DNA of 64,000 bases from an uncultured Chloroflexia bacterium (GCA_963841825.1 CAWJEL010000010.1:270762-334761); one strand, 5' to 3'. Counted from the first letter of the stretch, positions 29,124 through 39,543 are shown. Made by a program: numbers and translations. The notes: a model not told the origin generated them from the sequence alone.

Positions 29124-30854
29124 ATGGAAACTTCCTGGCTTAAACGCACTATTCCAATCTTGTCCTGGTTGCCGGCTTACGATCGCAGTTGGCTGACCGC
29201 GGACGCTATCGCGGGACTAACCGTCTGGGGTCTGATCGTACCCGAAGCGATGGCATACGCGGGGGTTGCTGGCCTGCCGCCCCAGTTCGGTCTCTACACC
29301 CTGGTAGTTTCGCTGCTCCTGTACGCCGTGCTGGGGACCTCGCGGCAGCTCTTTGTTCAGCCCACTTCGGCCACGGCAGCCTTGATCGCATCAACGGTGA
29401 CCGCGGTGATGGTTACGGTCGGAATCGTCACCAACACGGCGAATATCGATCCCGCTGTGTACCAGCAGTATGCCATTGCCTTTACCCTGGTGGTTGGCGT
29501 GGTTTTTCTGATCGCCGGGCTGGCGCGACTTGGTTTCATCACGCAGTTTCTTTCCAAACCGGTACTGGATGGGTTTGTGACAGGTCTGGCAGTGTATGTC
29601 ATGGTCGGGCAGCTCAACAAGCTCTTCGGTGTGGCGAAACCCGCAGGCAATACGGTGCAGAAGTTCTTTGGTATTCTGCGTGAGCTGCCTGATGCCAATT
29701 GGGTTACCTTTGCCGTAGGGGCAGGTGCGTTGGCTGTGCTGATTTTAGTACCACGCTGGAACAAAAAAATACCAGCAGGGCTGATTGTTCTGTTCGGCTC
29801 GATCATCCTTAGCTCGGTTCTCAGCCTGAACGCCAACTACGGAGTAGAGGTCGTCGGGGTACTGCCGCAGGGTCTGCCGTCTTTTAGCTTGCCCGCTGTG
29901 CCTCTCGCGGCGCTGCCGCTCATGATCGGCCCGGCGATCGGGGTTTTGCTCGTCGCCTTCAGCCAGTCGCTTGGCGTGGCCCATGAATACGCCGATAAGC
30001 ATGACTATGAAATTGCTCCGAACAAAGAACTGAATGCCTTCGCCGTCATCAACCTGGCCAGTAGTTTATTCGGCGGGCAGATCGCGGGCGGCAGTATGGC
30101 GCCTTCGGCCGTGAACGATGGAGCCGGTGGTCGCTCGCAGGTCTCAAGCCTCGTCGCCTGGGGCGCTGTGATACTGACGCTATTGTTCCTCACCCCGCTC
30201 TTCACGAACTTGCCCGAAACGATCCTGGCGGCCCTGATCTTGCATGCCTTGTGGCACATTGTCGCGTCGCGCAAGTTGCACACTGCCCGGTTGGTGTCGC
30301 GCCCGGAATTTGCGCTAGGACTGCTGACGTTTGCCGGCGTGATCTTCATCGATGTACTGCAAGGCATGCTCATCGGGCTGGGGAGTGCGCTGCTGGTGAT
30401 CATCCTCCGCTCCAGCCGTGCGCATCTGTCGGAATTGGGCAAAGTCCCGGACGATGACGGCGCCTACTCGGACATCGCCCGCCATCCCGAGAATGTGCGC
30501 ATACCTGGCGCAATCATCGTGCGGCTTGACGCGCCGATTTATTATGCCAATGCGCTGACCGTCCGCGACAAGATCATGGACATGATCAAAGCGTCAGACC
30601 AGCCGGTGACCGTCGTACTCTTTGACGCCGCGGTGCAGGATACCCTGGACATTACCAGTTCCAACATGCTAAAGAGCCTCATCAAGCGTCTGCACAATCA
30701 AGGCATCGCGACCTATTTTGCCGAGGTGCAGGATCGAGTTCTTGAGTTTAGCGCAAAAACCGGTTTGCTCGGCGTGGTCGGCGCGGATCACCTGTTTTCA
30801 ACCGTGGATGCTGCCGTCCGCCATATCGAGACTGATCTTAGCCCATCGGCGTGA
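29124..30854 (+). CDS. SulP family anion (sulfate) permease with C-terminal STAS domain, paralog 1 (intact)
   Basis: 576 aa; ILSWLPAYDRSWL, GLIVPEAMAYAGVAGLPPQFGLYT signature; STAS domain at C-terminus. Confidence 0.9.
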   Translation: METSWLKRTIPILSWLPAYDRSWLTADAIAGLTVWGLIVPEAMAYAGVAGLPPQFGLYTLVVSLLLYAVLGTSRQLFVQPTSATAALIASTVTAVMVTVGIVTNTANIDPAVYQQYAIAFTLVVGVVFLIAGLARLGFITQFLSKPVLDGFVTGLAVYVMVGQLNKLFGVAKPAGNTVQKFFGILRELPDANWVTFAVGAGALAVLILVPRWNKKIPAGLIVLFGSIILSSVLSLNANYGVEVVGVLPQGLPSFSLPAVPLAALPLMIGPAIGVLLVAFSQSLGVAHEYADKHDYEIAPNKELNAFAVINLASSLFGGQIAGGSMAPSAVNDGAGGRSQVSSLVAWGAVILTLLFLTPLFTNLPETILAALILHALWHIVASRKLHTARLVSRPEFALGLLTFAGVIFIDVLQGMLIGLGSALLVIILRSSRAHLSELGKVPDDDGAYSDIARHPENVRIPGAIIVRLDAPIYYANALTVRDKIMDMIKASDQPVTVVLFDAAVQDTLDITSSNMLKSLIKRLHNQGIATYFAEVQDRVLEFSAKTGLLGVVGADHLFSTVDAAVRHIETDLSPSA

Positions 30855-30878
30855 AGCATAGCGCATCCTTCATCTGCC

Positions 30879-31454
30879 ATGAGAGTAACCATGCACAACG
30901 ACAAGCAGACACTTCCCAAAGGCAACGGCGACGAACCGGCAGTGGCGGGCTTCTACCCTACGCTTGACCGGTTCAGCGCGTTTTCCGATGGCGTCTTCGC
31001 CATCGCGATCACGCTGCTGGTTCTGGAGCTCCCTGTTCCGCCTGCAAACGTCCCGCTGGTCCCCGCCTTGCTGGAAGCGTGGCCCGATTTCCTGGGTTAC
31101 ATTATGAGTTTTGCCTTCATCGGCGGCATCTGGCTGACCCACGCCGGGCTGACCCGGCTCATGAAACGCGGGGACACCGTCGCCAATGCCGCGAACCTGC
31201 TGCTGTTGCTGTTCGTGGCGCTCCTCCCTTTCGCGACCAGGCTTATGGTCACGCACCTGTCCACACCGGAAGTTCGTGCTGCCGTGTTCTTTTATGGCGT
31301 TGACTTTCTCCTTGCTTCCCTGACGCTCACTCTGCTCATCCGCTACATTGCCCGCGAACCATCCCTGGTGGCGGACGACATCGCGGATGAAACCCTACGG
31401 CGAATCACCAGGCAGCGTTGGATCTCGATCGGTGTGAATTCCATGCAGTTGTGA
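30879..31454 (+). CDS. DUF1211 / TMEM175-like membrane protein (putative K+ channel family)
   Basis: RFSAFSDGVFAIAITLLVLEL signature of TMEM175/DUF1211 family. Confidence 0.75.
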   Translation: MRVTMHNDKQTLPKGNGDEPAVAGFYPTLDRFSAFSDGVFAIAITLLVLELPVPPANVPLVPALLEAWPDFLGYIMSFAFIGGIWLTHAGLTRLMKRGDTVANAANLLLLLFVALLPFATRLMVTHLSTPEVRAAVFFYGVDFLLASLTLTLLIRYIAREPSLVADDIADETLRRITRQRWISIGVNSMQL

Positions 31455-31660
31455 TGGCACTATTCATGCCGTTTATCGCGGTCGGCCTGTATCTTATGCA
31501 AGCTATTCTGTTGTTGGTCTTCCCCCTGGTCGGGATGCGCTGGCGCCAGGCGAGCCGCATACGCACGCATTGATGACTCGCTGCGATCGTCACCTCTGAG
31601 CAATGCCGAAGTGCGTAACTCCTGCAAGATAAACCCTTACACACATCCAGGAGATTATCC

Positions 31661-32599
31661 ATGACACTCGAAACGTTCCTTTCCGCCATTGCTGCGTTGT
31701 GCGGTTTAACCTTTGTCGTCGCCAGCATGCTGGGGACGGGGTTGAGCCTGACCGTGGCTCAGATCCTCCAACCCCTGAAAAACGTGCGCCTGGTGATCCT
31801 GGCGCTGCTGGCGAACTTCGTGCTGGTGCCGCTGCTCGCCTTTGTGATCAACCGGGTGCTCCCGCTTGATCAGTCGTTGCAGATCGGCCTCATCGTGCTG
31901 GCGACGACCGCGGGCGCGCCCTTCCTGGTCAAGGAGGTGGCGGCCGCAAAGGGGAATCTCTCCCTGGGCGTCGGGCTGATGTTCCTGCTGATGATCGTGA
32001 CGATCTTCTACGTGCCCCTCGTCCTGCCGCTGCTGCTGCCGGGCGTTGAGGTGAATGCCTGGGACATCGCCAAGTCGTTGATCGTGACGATGCTCATCCC
32101 CATCGTGCTCGGGCTGATGTACCGCTCGCACTCGCCCGAGGGCGCGGGGCAGTGGGCGCCGGTGATGAATAAGGCCTCCGGCATCGCGCTGCTCATCATG
32201 CTGGTGACCGGGTTGGGGCTGAACCTCTCCAACATCATCGACCTGATCGGCTCGTTCGGCTTCCTGGCCTTGTTGCTGTTTGTGGCCGGCTCGCTGTTGA
32301 TCGGCATGCTGCTTGGGGGACGCGATCCGGCTGTCCGCAGCGTGCTGGGGCTGGGCACGGCGCAGCGCAACGTCGCCGCCGCCATCCTGGTCACGAGCTT
32401 GAACTTCCCGGGCACGATGACGCTCCCATACGTGCTGGTGGCCTCCATCGTCCTGCCGCTGATCTTGATCCCGACGGCCAGACGGCTGGGCGGACGCCGC
32501 GAGCCAGCGGCGGCGCCGCCTATCCAGGCGAATGCGGTGACGCAGCGCACCCCTGCCGCGCCGGATGTGCCGGCCAAATCTAACCCGGAATCAGAGTAA
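31661..32599 (+). CDS. Bile acid:sodium symporter (BASS/SBF) family transporter
   Basis: 312 aa, ~9 TM segments, LGLGTAQRNVAAAI motif region typical of SBF-like family. Confidence 0.7.
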   Translation: MTLETFLSAIAALCGLTFVVASMLGTGLSLTVAQILQPLKNVRLVILALLANFVLVPLLAFVINRVLPLDQSLQIGLIVLATTAGAPFLVKEVAAAKGNLSLGVGLMFLLMIVTIFYVPLVLPLLLPGVEVNAWDIAKSLIVTMLIPIVLGLMYRSHSPEGAGQWAPVMNKASGIALLIMLVTGLGLNLSNIIDLIGSFGFLALLLFVAGSLLIGMLLGGRDPAVRSVLGLGTAQRNVAAAILVTSLNFPGTMTLPYVLVASIVLPLILIPTARRLGGRREPAAAPPIQANAVTQRTPAAPDVPAKSNPESE

Positions 32600-32687
32600 A
32601 AACACGCGGACGTGACAATGCATTCCTGATGTGCTACAATGCAGCCATCCTGTCAGCGCGCTGTTTGGGTCCTTCCAGGGAGCAACC

Positions 32688-34587
32688 ATGAAGCCGCGTT
32701 CTCTGCCATCCTTGCTTTTCCTCAGTGTGGGAGTCATCCTGGTGAGCATTCTGCTCAGCCAGGCGAGCCCCTCTGCCGCGCAGGAACAGCCTGCGCGCGT
32801 CCAGCGGATCACGGATCGATTGCGCGCCGGTGCGACCCACGCTTACCTTCTGAAAGACCTGCGGTCCGGGGACAGGCTCACCGTCTCGATGCGGGCGACC
32901 TCCGGCAACCTGGATCCCGCGATCGGGATCGTGGACGCCACGGTGCCCCTCGCGGAGACCATGACGCGTTACCAGGCGGACGTCCAGCGCCTCGTGGCAG
33001 GGAATGAGGACGTAGCCCTGGCCCTGAATGATCTGCGAAATCAGTACTTCCTGGCTTGGGATGACGACAGCGGCGATGGGTATGCGGCCGCCCTGGAGTA
33101 CACCGTTCCCGCAGACGGCGACTATGCGCTGGTTGCCGGCGCCTCGCTTTCCGCCCTCGGCCGCGCCACATCCGGCGACTATGCGCTGCGCCTCGGCCTC
33201 AACGCGCCGGAGGCACAGGCCGGGGCCGAGCCAGTCGGGGCGCCCATCGCCGAACGGATTCCCGGCGCCTGGGGCCTCTCCCCCTCCGTTGAGGAAGCTT
33301 CAGGAACCCTGACGGCTGCTGCGCCCGCGGTGAACCTTGAGCTCGTCGACATCGACGCCGGCTCAACCCTCACGGCGTACGTCGAAGCGACTTCAGGGAA
33401 CCTGATCCCGACGGTTATTCTGCGCGATTACGGCGGCAAACCGCTGGAAGCCGGCAACCTGGACGGCCAGAAACCCCACGCGACGTTGCAGTACACGATG
33501 ACGGAGGCCGCCGCCGGCTATGCGCTTGAAGTGCGGGCCGCTGCGCTGCCGGATGGCACCCAAACTGAGGGCGATTACCGGGTGCTGGTCGGGGTGAACG
33601 CGCCGGAAGTCCTGACCGGGCAGGCGCAGCCGCAAGGCGACAAAGTTCTCGCCGCTCCGATCGAGGTCAAGGCCGGCCTCAAGCTCTTGCGCATCAGCGA
33701 AGTGGATTCGCCCAACGAGAACTACACCGTGTTGGCGAGCCTGCGGATGGACTGGACGGACCCGCGGCTGGCCTTCAGCCCGGACTCCTGCAACTGCTCC
33801 GTGAAGCTTTACTCCGACAAGGAGGTTGATCGTTTCCTGGCCGATGTGGGGAGCCGGTGGCCGGCTTTCACGTTTTTCAACCAACTGGGAAACCGTTGGA
33901 CCCAGAGCCGGGCGGCGGCGATCTGGCCCAATGGAAGCGCGCGCTATGCGGAAAGCTTCAACACCACCTTCCAGGCTGACTTTGACTTCCAGCAGTACCC
34001 CTTTGACACCCAGACTTTTCCGATCTATCTCGATCTCTTGTATCCGACTTCTGCTTATACGATGACCGCACTGCCCGGCTACAGCGAAATCGACCCGGCG
34101 CATGGCGAAGACGAGTTTATCCTTTCTGACTTCACGGCCACCGCGAGCACCGTGATGCCCAGCGCCGCGGACACGCCGGTGTCACGTCTGACTTTCAGTT
34201 TCGAGCGCGCCGCGCCATCTGAACTACTACTTTCTCCAGGTGTTCCTGCCGATCTTCTTGATCATCCTGATCTCATGGTTCACCTTCTTCCTGCGCGACT
34301 ATACCCGGCGCATTGAGGCCGCGGCCGCCAATATCCTGCTCTTCATCGCGTTCAGTTGGAGCCTGGCCGGCAACTACCCGCGCCTCGGCTACATCACCTT
34401 CCTTGATGCGATCATGGGCGTGACTTTTGTGGTGAATGTTCTGGTGCTGCTCTACAACGTGTACTTGAAACGGCTGGAGAATCAAGGGAAGAACGAACGC
34501 GCTGATCGCATCGACAACGTGCTGGACTGGGCCTATCCCTTGTCGTACGCAGCCCTGATTGGGGTGGTGGTCCTGCTGTTCTTCTGA
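32688..34587 (+). CDS. Pentameric ligand-gated ion channel (Cys-loop receptor superfamily) with signal peptide and two N-terminal PPC-like domains; apparent frameshift near 34200-34245
   Basis: ECD motifs LKLLRISEVDSPNENYTVLASLRMDWTDPRLAF and QYPFDTQTFPIYL (PFDxQxC-type); TM1-TM4 (YYFLQVFLPIFLIILISWFTFFL ... DNVLDWAYPLSYAALIGVVVLLFF) in second ORF 34240..34587; two upstream repeats GDRLTVSMRATSGNLDPAIGIVD...GDYALRLGLNAPE / STLTAYVEATSGNLIPTVILRD...GDYRVLVGVNAPE. Confidence 0.8.
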
Positions 34588-34680
34588 TCCCGACTCTGAA
34601 GGCGAGGGCAACATATGACCGTCATTCAGCTTGGCCTTCATCAGGCGTCAGACCTGGCCGGCGCCTGGAATCGGTGAAGT

Positions 34681-35682
34681 ATGGCAAGCATTCAAAGCCG
34701 CACCCTGGCTTCCTGGCTCGGGCGGCAGAAGTTTTTCAGCGGCGAAAAGATTGATCCCGTCAAGCTCCGCATGCGGATCGAGCGGTTGGCGAGCAAAGCG
34801 CCGCCCCCGCGCCGGGTCCGGGTCCTTCCCGTCGCCGCTGACTCGGTGCCTGGGGAATGGCTGGTCCCGAAGGAAGCGCCACAGGATCGGGCGCTGCTGT
34901 ACATCCACGGTGGCGCCTGGTTTATGGGCTCCACCACTACCCATCGCCCGCTCGTGGCCGGGCTGGCGTGTGCCAGCGGAGTGCGCACCCTGTCGATCGA
35001 CTATCGGCTCGCGCCGGAGCACCCGTTCCCCGCGGGGTTGGATGATTGCATGGCCGCGTACGAATGGTTGCTGCGGCGCAGCTCGCTGCGGGGCGGCATC
35101 GCACCGGATAAGATCGTCGTGGCGGGCGATTCCGCCGGTGGGAATCTCACCCTGGCCCTGCTTATCGCGCTCCGCGATGCCGGCAAGCCGCTGCCGGCAG
35201 GCGCCGTCGCCATCTCTCCGGCAACCGACCTCACCTTCAGCGGGGAGTCCTATACCGCTCGCGCCCATCTCGACCCGTTTTTCTCCGATCTCGGTTCGGA
35301 CGCGACCGTGTTGTTGCAGGGCTATACCGCGGGCCACGATCCGCGCGACCCGCTGATTTCGCCGCTCTACGCCGATCTTCACGGACTGCCGCCGTTACTG
35401 CTGCACGTGGGCGACCATGAGGCGCTGTTTGATGGTGTCGTGGGCTTCGGGGAGCGTGCAGCCGCCGCCGGCGTGGACGTCCAGACGGTGGTGTGGCCGG
35501 GCATGTTTCACGTCTTTCATATCTTCGCGGCCGTCTTGCCGGAGGCACGCCAGGCAAACGCTCAAATCGCCGCGTTCATCCGGTCGCGATTGGACGGCAG
35601 CTCACGGGGACCCGTGTTCCTCAGCCCTGCTGGAGACGAGGTCGTCCAAGGAGACGAGGGCAGCGTTCAACCGGTCCAATAG
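34681..35682 (+). CDS. Alpha/beta hydrolase, hormone-sensitive-lipase-like esterase family
   Basis: YIHGGAW (HGG oxyanion motif), GDSAGGNL nucleophile elbow. Confidence 0.85.
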   Translation: MASIQSRTLASWLGRQKFFSGEKIDPVKLRMRIERLASKAPPPRRVRVLPVAADSVPGEWLVPKEAPQDRALLYIHGGAWFMGSTTTHRPLVAGLACASGVRTLSIDYRLAPEHPFPAGLDDCMAAYEWLLRRSSLRGGIAPDKIVVAGDSAGGNLTLALLIALRDAGKPLPAGAVAISPATDLTFSGESYTARAHLDPFFSDLGSDATVLLQGYTAGHDPRDPLISPLYADLHGLPPLLLHVGDHEALFDGVVGFGERAAAAGVDVQTVVWPGMFHVFHIFAAVLPEARQANAQIAAFIRSRLDGSSRGPVFLSPAGDEVVQGDEGSVQPVQ

Positions 35683-37077
35683 CTCCTTCATCGAGGAAGG
35701 CCGCTTTGCCTCCTGCGCCAGCGCCAGCAAGGTGTCGACTTCGTCACGGAACCCGGCGATGATGTTTTCCGGATCAGGCACGATGTCATTGTCCGAGATA
35801 ACGCCCAACCGCACCTGACCGGCATAGCTAAGGATAGTAATCCCTACTCCGATACCGCCATACCGCGGTATCCAAGCCATCATCTCCTCGACCGGGGCGC
35901 CGAGCAGGTAGAGCCGCTCCTGTGGGCCTTTCACGTTCGTCACGATAACTGTCGCCTTGGAGCTCAAGTAACCCAACGCCAACGCCAGCGCAGTTGATGG
36001 GGCCCGGCTTACGATCTCCAGGCCCGCAAGCACCACCGCTGGTTGCAGCGAGTCTTTGAGTCCATCCATGTTCCGTTTGAGTTCAGCGAGGCGCTCTGTG
36101 GGATCCGCGATGTCTACGGGCAGAGGGAGAAAAACGGCCGTGATTCGATTGCCTAGTTCCATCTCGGCGCCCGCCGGGCGCCGGTTGATGGGTATGACTG
36201 CATGAAGACTGGCGTCATCCGGGAGGTCCTGCCGAACCTGCAGATAGCGCTGCAGCGTACCCGCCAAGGCTGTGAGCAGCACGTCGTTGACCGTTCCGCC
36301 CAGCCGCCGTCCAATGGTCTTGATCTCCTCCAGCGGGACTGGCTCCGACCAGGCAGTGCTCTTGGGCAGACTGGGCATACCCCGGAGAGCCGTATCGGCA
36401 TCCGGCGGTGATAGTACGAGATCGCCCGCAACAGCCGCCGCGTCTCGGGCCAACCGGGCCAGCTCGGGGACGCGCCGGATCTGGTCGAGGGTCCACAGAC
36501 CCCTGCGCATCAACCTTCTTACGGGCCGGCGTCGGGTCCGGCCCTGCGGGCGTTGGATCACATCGGGTCCACGCGGTGGGTCCTCTTGCTCCGGGACGGA
36601 GGGGGGATCCGCTGCACCGGCGTCGGCCAGCGACAGGATCACATGCACCAGCGCCACGCCATCGGCCAGGCTATGATGCGTCCGGCAAATGAGGGCGCTA
36701 CCGGAGCCATACGTTTCGACCAGGTGCATCTGCCAGGGCGGCTGGTCCATGTCGAGGGGGAGGCCAGCCAGCACGCTGACGGTCCGCTGCAGAGCAACCT
36801 GATCGCCGGGCGAAGGCAGGGTGACTCTCTGCACGTGGTAGTCGAGATCAACACCCATATCGTTTTTCCAGTAGGGAGTCCTCCAGGGTAGCCGCGATGG
36901 GATCACTCGCTGTCGAAAGCGGTCAAATCGCAGGATGCGGGTTGCGACGGTCGCCTTGAGCTGCTCCAAATCAATCGGCGCCCCCAGAACCAGCATCCCC
37001 GTGACGACGACCGGGTCTGCAGGGTTGTCCATGCGCAACATCAAGGTATCCAGGTTTGAGAACCGTTGTCTGGTCAT
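35602..37077 (-). CDS. Wax ester synthase/acyl-CoA:diacylglycerol acyltransferase (WS/DGAT) family
   Basis: HHSLADG active-site motif (HHxxxDG); likely start MTRQRFSNLD at 37077 within ORF 35602..37152. Confidence 0.85.
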   Translation of the reverse strand: MTRQRFSNLDTLMLRMDNPADPVVVTGMLVLGAPIDLEQLKATVATRILRFDRFRQRVIPSRLPWRTPYWKNDMGVDLDYHVQRVTLPSPGDQVALQRTVSVLAGLPLDMDQPPWQMHLVETYGSGSALICRTHHSLADGVALVHVILSLADAGAADPPSVPEQEDPPRGPDVIQRPQGRTRRRPVRRLMRRGLWTLDQIRRVPELARLARDAAAVAGDLVLSPPDADTALRGMPSLPKSTAWSEPVPLEEIKTIGRRLGGTVNDVLLTALAGTLQRYLQVRQDLPDDASLHAVIPINRRPAGAEMELGNRITAVFLPLPVDIADPTERLAELKRNMDGLKDSLQPAVVLAGLEIVSRAPSTALALALGYLSSKATVIVTNVKGPQERLYLLGAPVEEMMAWIPRYGGIGVGITILSYAGQVRLGVISDNDIVPDPENIIAGFRDEVDTLLALAQEAKRPSSMKELLDRLNAALVSLDDLVSSRAEEHGSP

Positions 37078-37810
37078 ATCATCGCTCTCCGCTGCCCGTC
37101 GAATTGGCGCACTATAGCACCACAAGGACTGCACAGCAAATGGCAATCCCAACTATCAGACCAGCAGACGGTACGCTTGGGCCGGTGATACGGGGTGCGG
37201 TTCAAGTTTTGCACCAGGCACCCCGTCTGTCATGCTGAGTGCTGCCAAGCCGCGCGGGCAGCATGCGGGTAGTCAAATGAAGTTCTGCTTGTCATGGTGA
37301 GCGGGTCTGCGACACAGGATGCGTTGCGGCGAATCGCCAGCGAACCATCTCGGTCAGGTACTTCATGAGCAGCGAGTCAACCACGCAAGGTACGGTACAA
37401 CCCAAGACCAGCGAAGCATCTCGCTCTGGCTGCGGCGAGCCAAGCCCGAGAGATTCTTCGCTGGTCGTTCGCCGCGGCGAGAATTTCGCTGTCAATTCGC
37501 TCAGAACGACAGCCTTTCATGCAAGACTCTGCACCGCCCCCCGGTGATACAGGGTCATTCCATTCTCAGAGATTGTCACCCTGAGCGAATTCAACGAAGA
37601 GACATTGACGCTCCGAACAAATAGCGAAGGGTCTCGTTCCGGTGCGCGAGATGCTTCGCTGGCGTTTTGCTGCAACGCGGATTGCGTCGCAAACCCGCTC
37701 AGCATGACTATAATGGAGAATTGAATGACCCTGCCGGTGATACGAGAGGATTTGCGTGCGGCGTCACCGGATGCTACAATCTTCTCACACAGGGAGGTTG
37801 AGACCACGCC

Positions 37811-39490
37811 ATGTTGAGGTTCCGCCCGCGCTATCTCAAGCGCTATAGCAGAATCGCCGAAGTGCTGGTGAGGCACGGGTTCGGCGCGATCGTCGCCCAG
37901 CTTGGCCTCGACCAGGCTCTGGACTTCCGGCAACGTCTCGCGGCGGTCTCTGATGAACCTGTCACCCGCAAGACGGCTGCGGTACACCTGCGGGAGGCAA
38001 TCGAGGAACTGGGGCCAACCTTCATCAAGTTCGGTCAGATCGCCAGCACCCGGCCGGATATGTTTCCGCCCGAGTTCATCAATGAGCTGGCTGGCCTGCA
38101 GGATAATATCCCGCCGGCGCCCTGGGAGGAGATCCAGGCCGCCATCGAGGCGGAGTTGGGCCGCCCTCTCGCCGAACTGTTCCTTGTCGTGGATCCTACC
38201 CCGATTGCCTCGGCTTCCCTGGGTCAGGTGTACGCGGCTTTGCTGCCCGACCGGACCGAGGTGATCATCAAGGTCCAGCGCCCCAACATCGAGAAGACCA
38301 TCGACACCGACCTGGGGATCCTGGCGGACCTGGCCCGGCTGGCGCAGGAACGCATGCCGTCCGCGGCGGCCATGGATCCGGTGGGGATCGTCCGGGAGTT
38401 CTCCGAATCGTTGCGCAACGAGCTGGACTACCGGGGCGAGGCGCGCAATGCCGACCGCTTCCGGGCCAACTTCGCCAAAGAAAAGTACATCTACGCGCCC
38501 AAGATCTACTGGGAGTACACCACCCGGCGCGTCGAGGTCCAGGAACGCATCCGCGGCATCAAGATCAACGACTATCCCGCGCTGATTGCGGCAGGCTATG
38601 ACCGCGATCGCATCGCCATGAACGCCGCCAAAGGCATTATCAAAGAGGTGTTGGGCGACGGCTTCTTCCATGCCGATCCGCATCCGGGCAACCTGCTGAT
38701 CCTGCCCGGCGAGGTGATCGGGCTGATCGACTTCGGCCTCGTCGGGACGCTGGATCGCACCGACCGTGCTCAACTCATACGTCTCTGGTCCTCGGTTATC
38801 GGTTTCGACGCTGAGGGGGCCGCCGACCAGCTCCTCCGTATGGGCATTGCCGGCCCGCAAACGGATCAGGTTGGGCTGACGCGGGAGCTGCGCCGGCTGC
38901 TCCGTAAGTTTTCCGGGCTGCCGCTGAAAGAGATCGTGGCGAGCGAGGTGCTGAACGGGGTTCAGCCCATCATCTACGAGTACAAGCTGCAGGTGCCGTC
39001 CGATTACTGGCTCTTGATCAAGACGCTGGTGACGATGGAAGGGGTCGGCAAGGCGTTGTCGCCGGATTTCGACGTGTTCGCCGCCTCGGCGCCGCAGGTG
39101 CAGCGCTTCCTGGTCAGGGAAGCGCTCCCCCAAAGCTGGGCGCCGGGCATCTTCCGGCAGGCCATGGGCTGGGTCACGCTTGCGAGCCTGTTCCCGCGCC
39201 AGGCCACCCGGGTGATGGGCCGGCTGGAGGGCAGCGACCTGGAGTTGCGCGTGCAGGTGCCCGAGATGCATGAGGCCACGCGTGAGTCCAGCAGTTCAAC
39301 CAACCGCACCGTCATGGCCATCCTGGTCGGCGCCATGGTGATCGCCCTGGCGCTCCTGCTGCCTGCGCTGGATTTGGCAAGCTGGCCGTGGAACGTGGTC
39401 ACCTGGCTGATCGTGATCGGTTTCATGTTCGTCTCCGTTGTGGCGTTCTGGCTGATCGTCTCGATACTGCGTTCGCTCTTCAGGCGTTAA
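37811..39490 (+). CDS. ABC1/UbiB family atypical protein kinase with C-terminal TM segments
   Basis: PTFIKFGQIASTRPDMFPPEFINELAGLQD, ASLGQVYAA, FHADPHPGNL motifs of ABC1/ADCK family. Confidence 0.9.
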   Translation: MLRFRPRYLKRYSRIAEVLVRHGFGAIVAQLGLDQALDFRQRLAAVSDEPVTRKTAAVHLREAIEELGPTFIKFGQIASTRPDMFPPEFINELAGLQDNIPPAPWEEIQAAIEAELGRPLAELFLVVDPTPIASASLGQVYAALLPDRTEVIIKVQRPNIEKTIDTDLGILADLARLAQERMPSAAAMDPVGIVREFSESLRNELDYRGEARNADRFRANFAKEKYIYAPKIYWEYTTRRVEVQERIRGIKINDYPALIAAGYDRDRIAMNAAKGIIKEVLGDGFFHADPHPGNLLILPGEVIGLIDFGLVGTLDRTDRAQLIRLWSSVIGFDAEGAADQLLRMGIAGPQTDQVGLTRELRRLLRKFSGLPLKEIVASEVLNGVQPIIYEYKLQVPSDYWLLIKTLVTMEGVGKALSPDFDVFAASAPQVQRFLVREALPQSWAPGIFRQAMGWVTLASLFPRQATRVMGRLEGSDLELRVQVPEMHEATRESSSSTNRTVMAILVGAMVIALALLLPALDLASWPWNVVTWLIVIGFMFVSVVAFWLIVSILRSLFRR

Positions 39491-39543
39491 GGTGGCCGAG
39501 CTTGGGTTCCCCTACGAGGGGAGATAACCGGAGGTTCTGAAAG

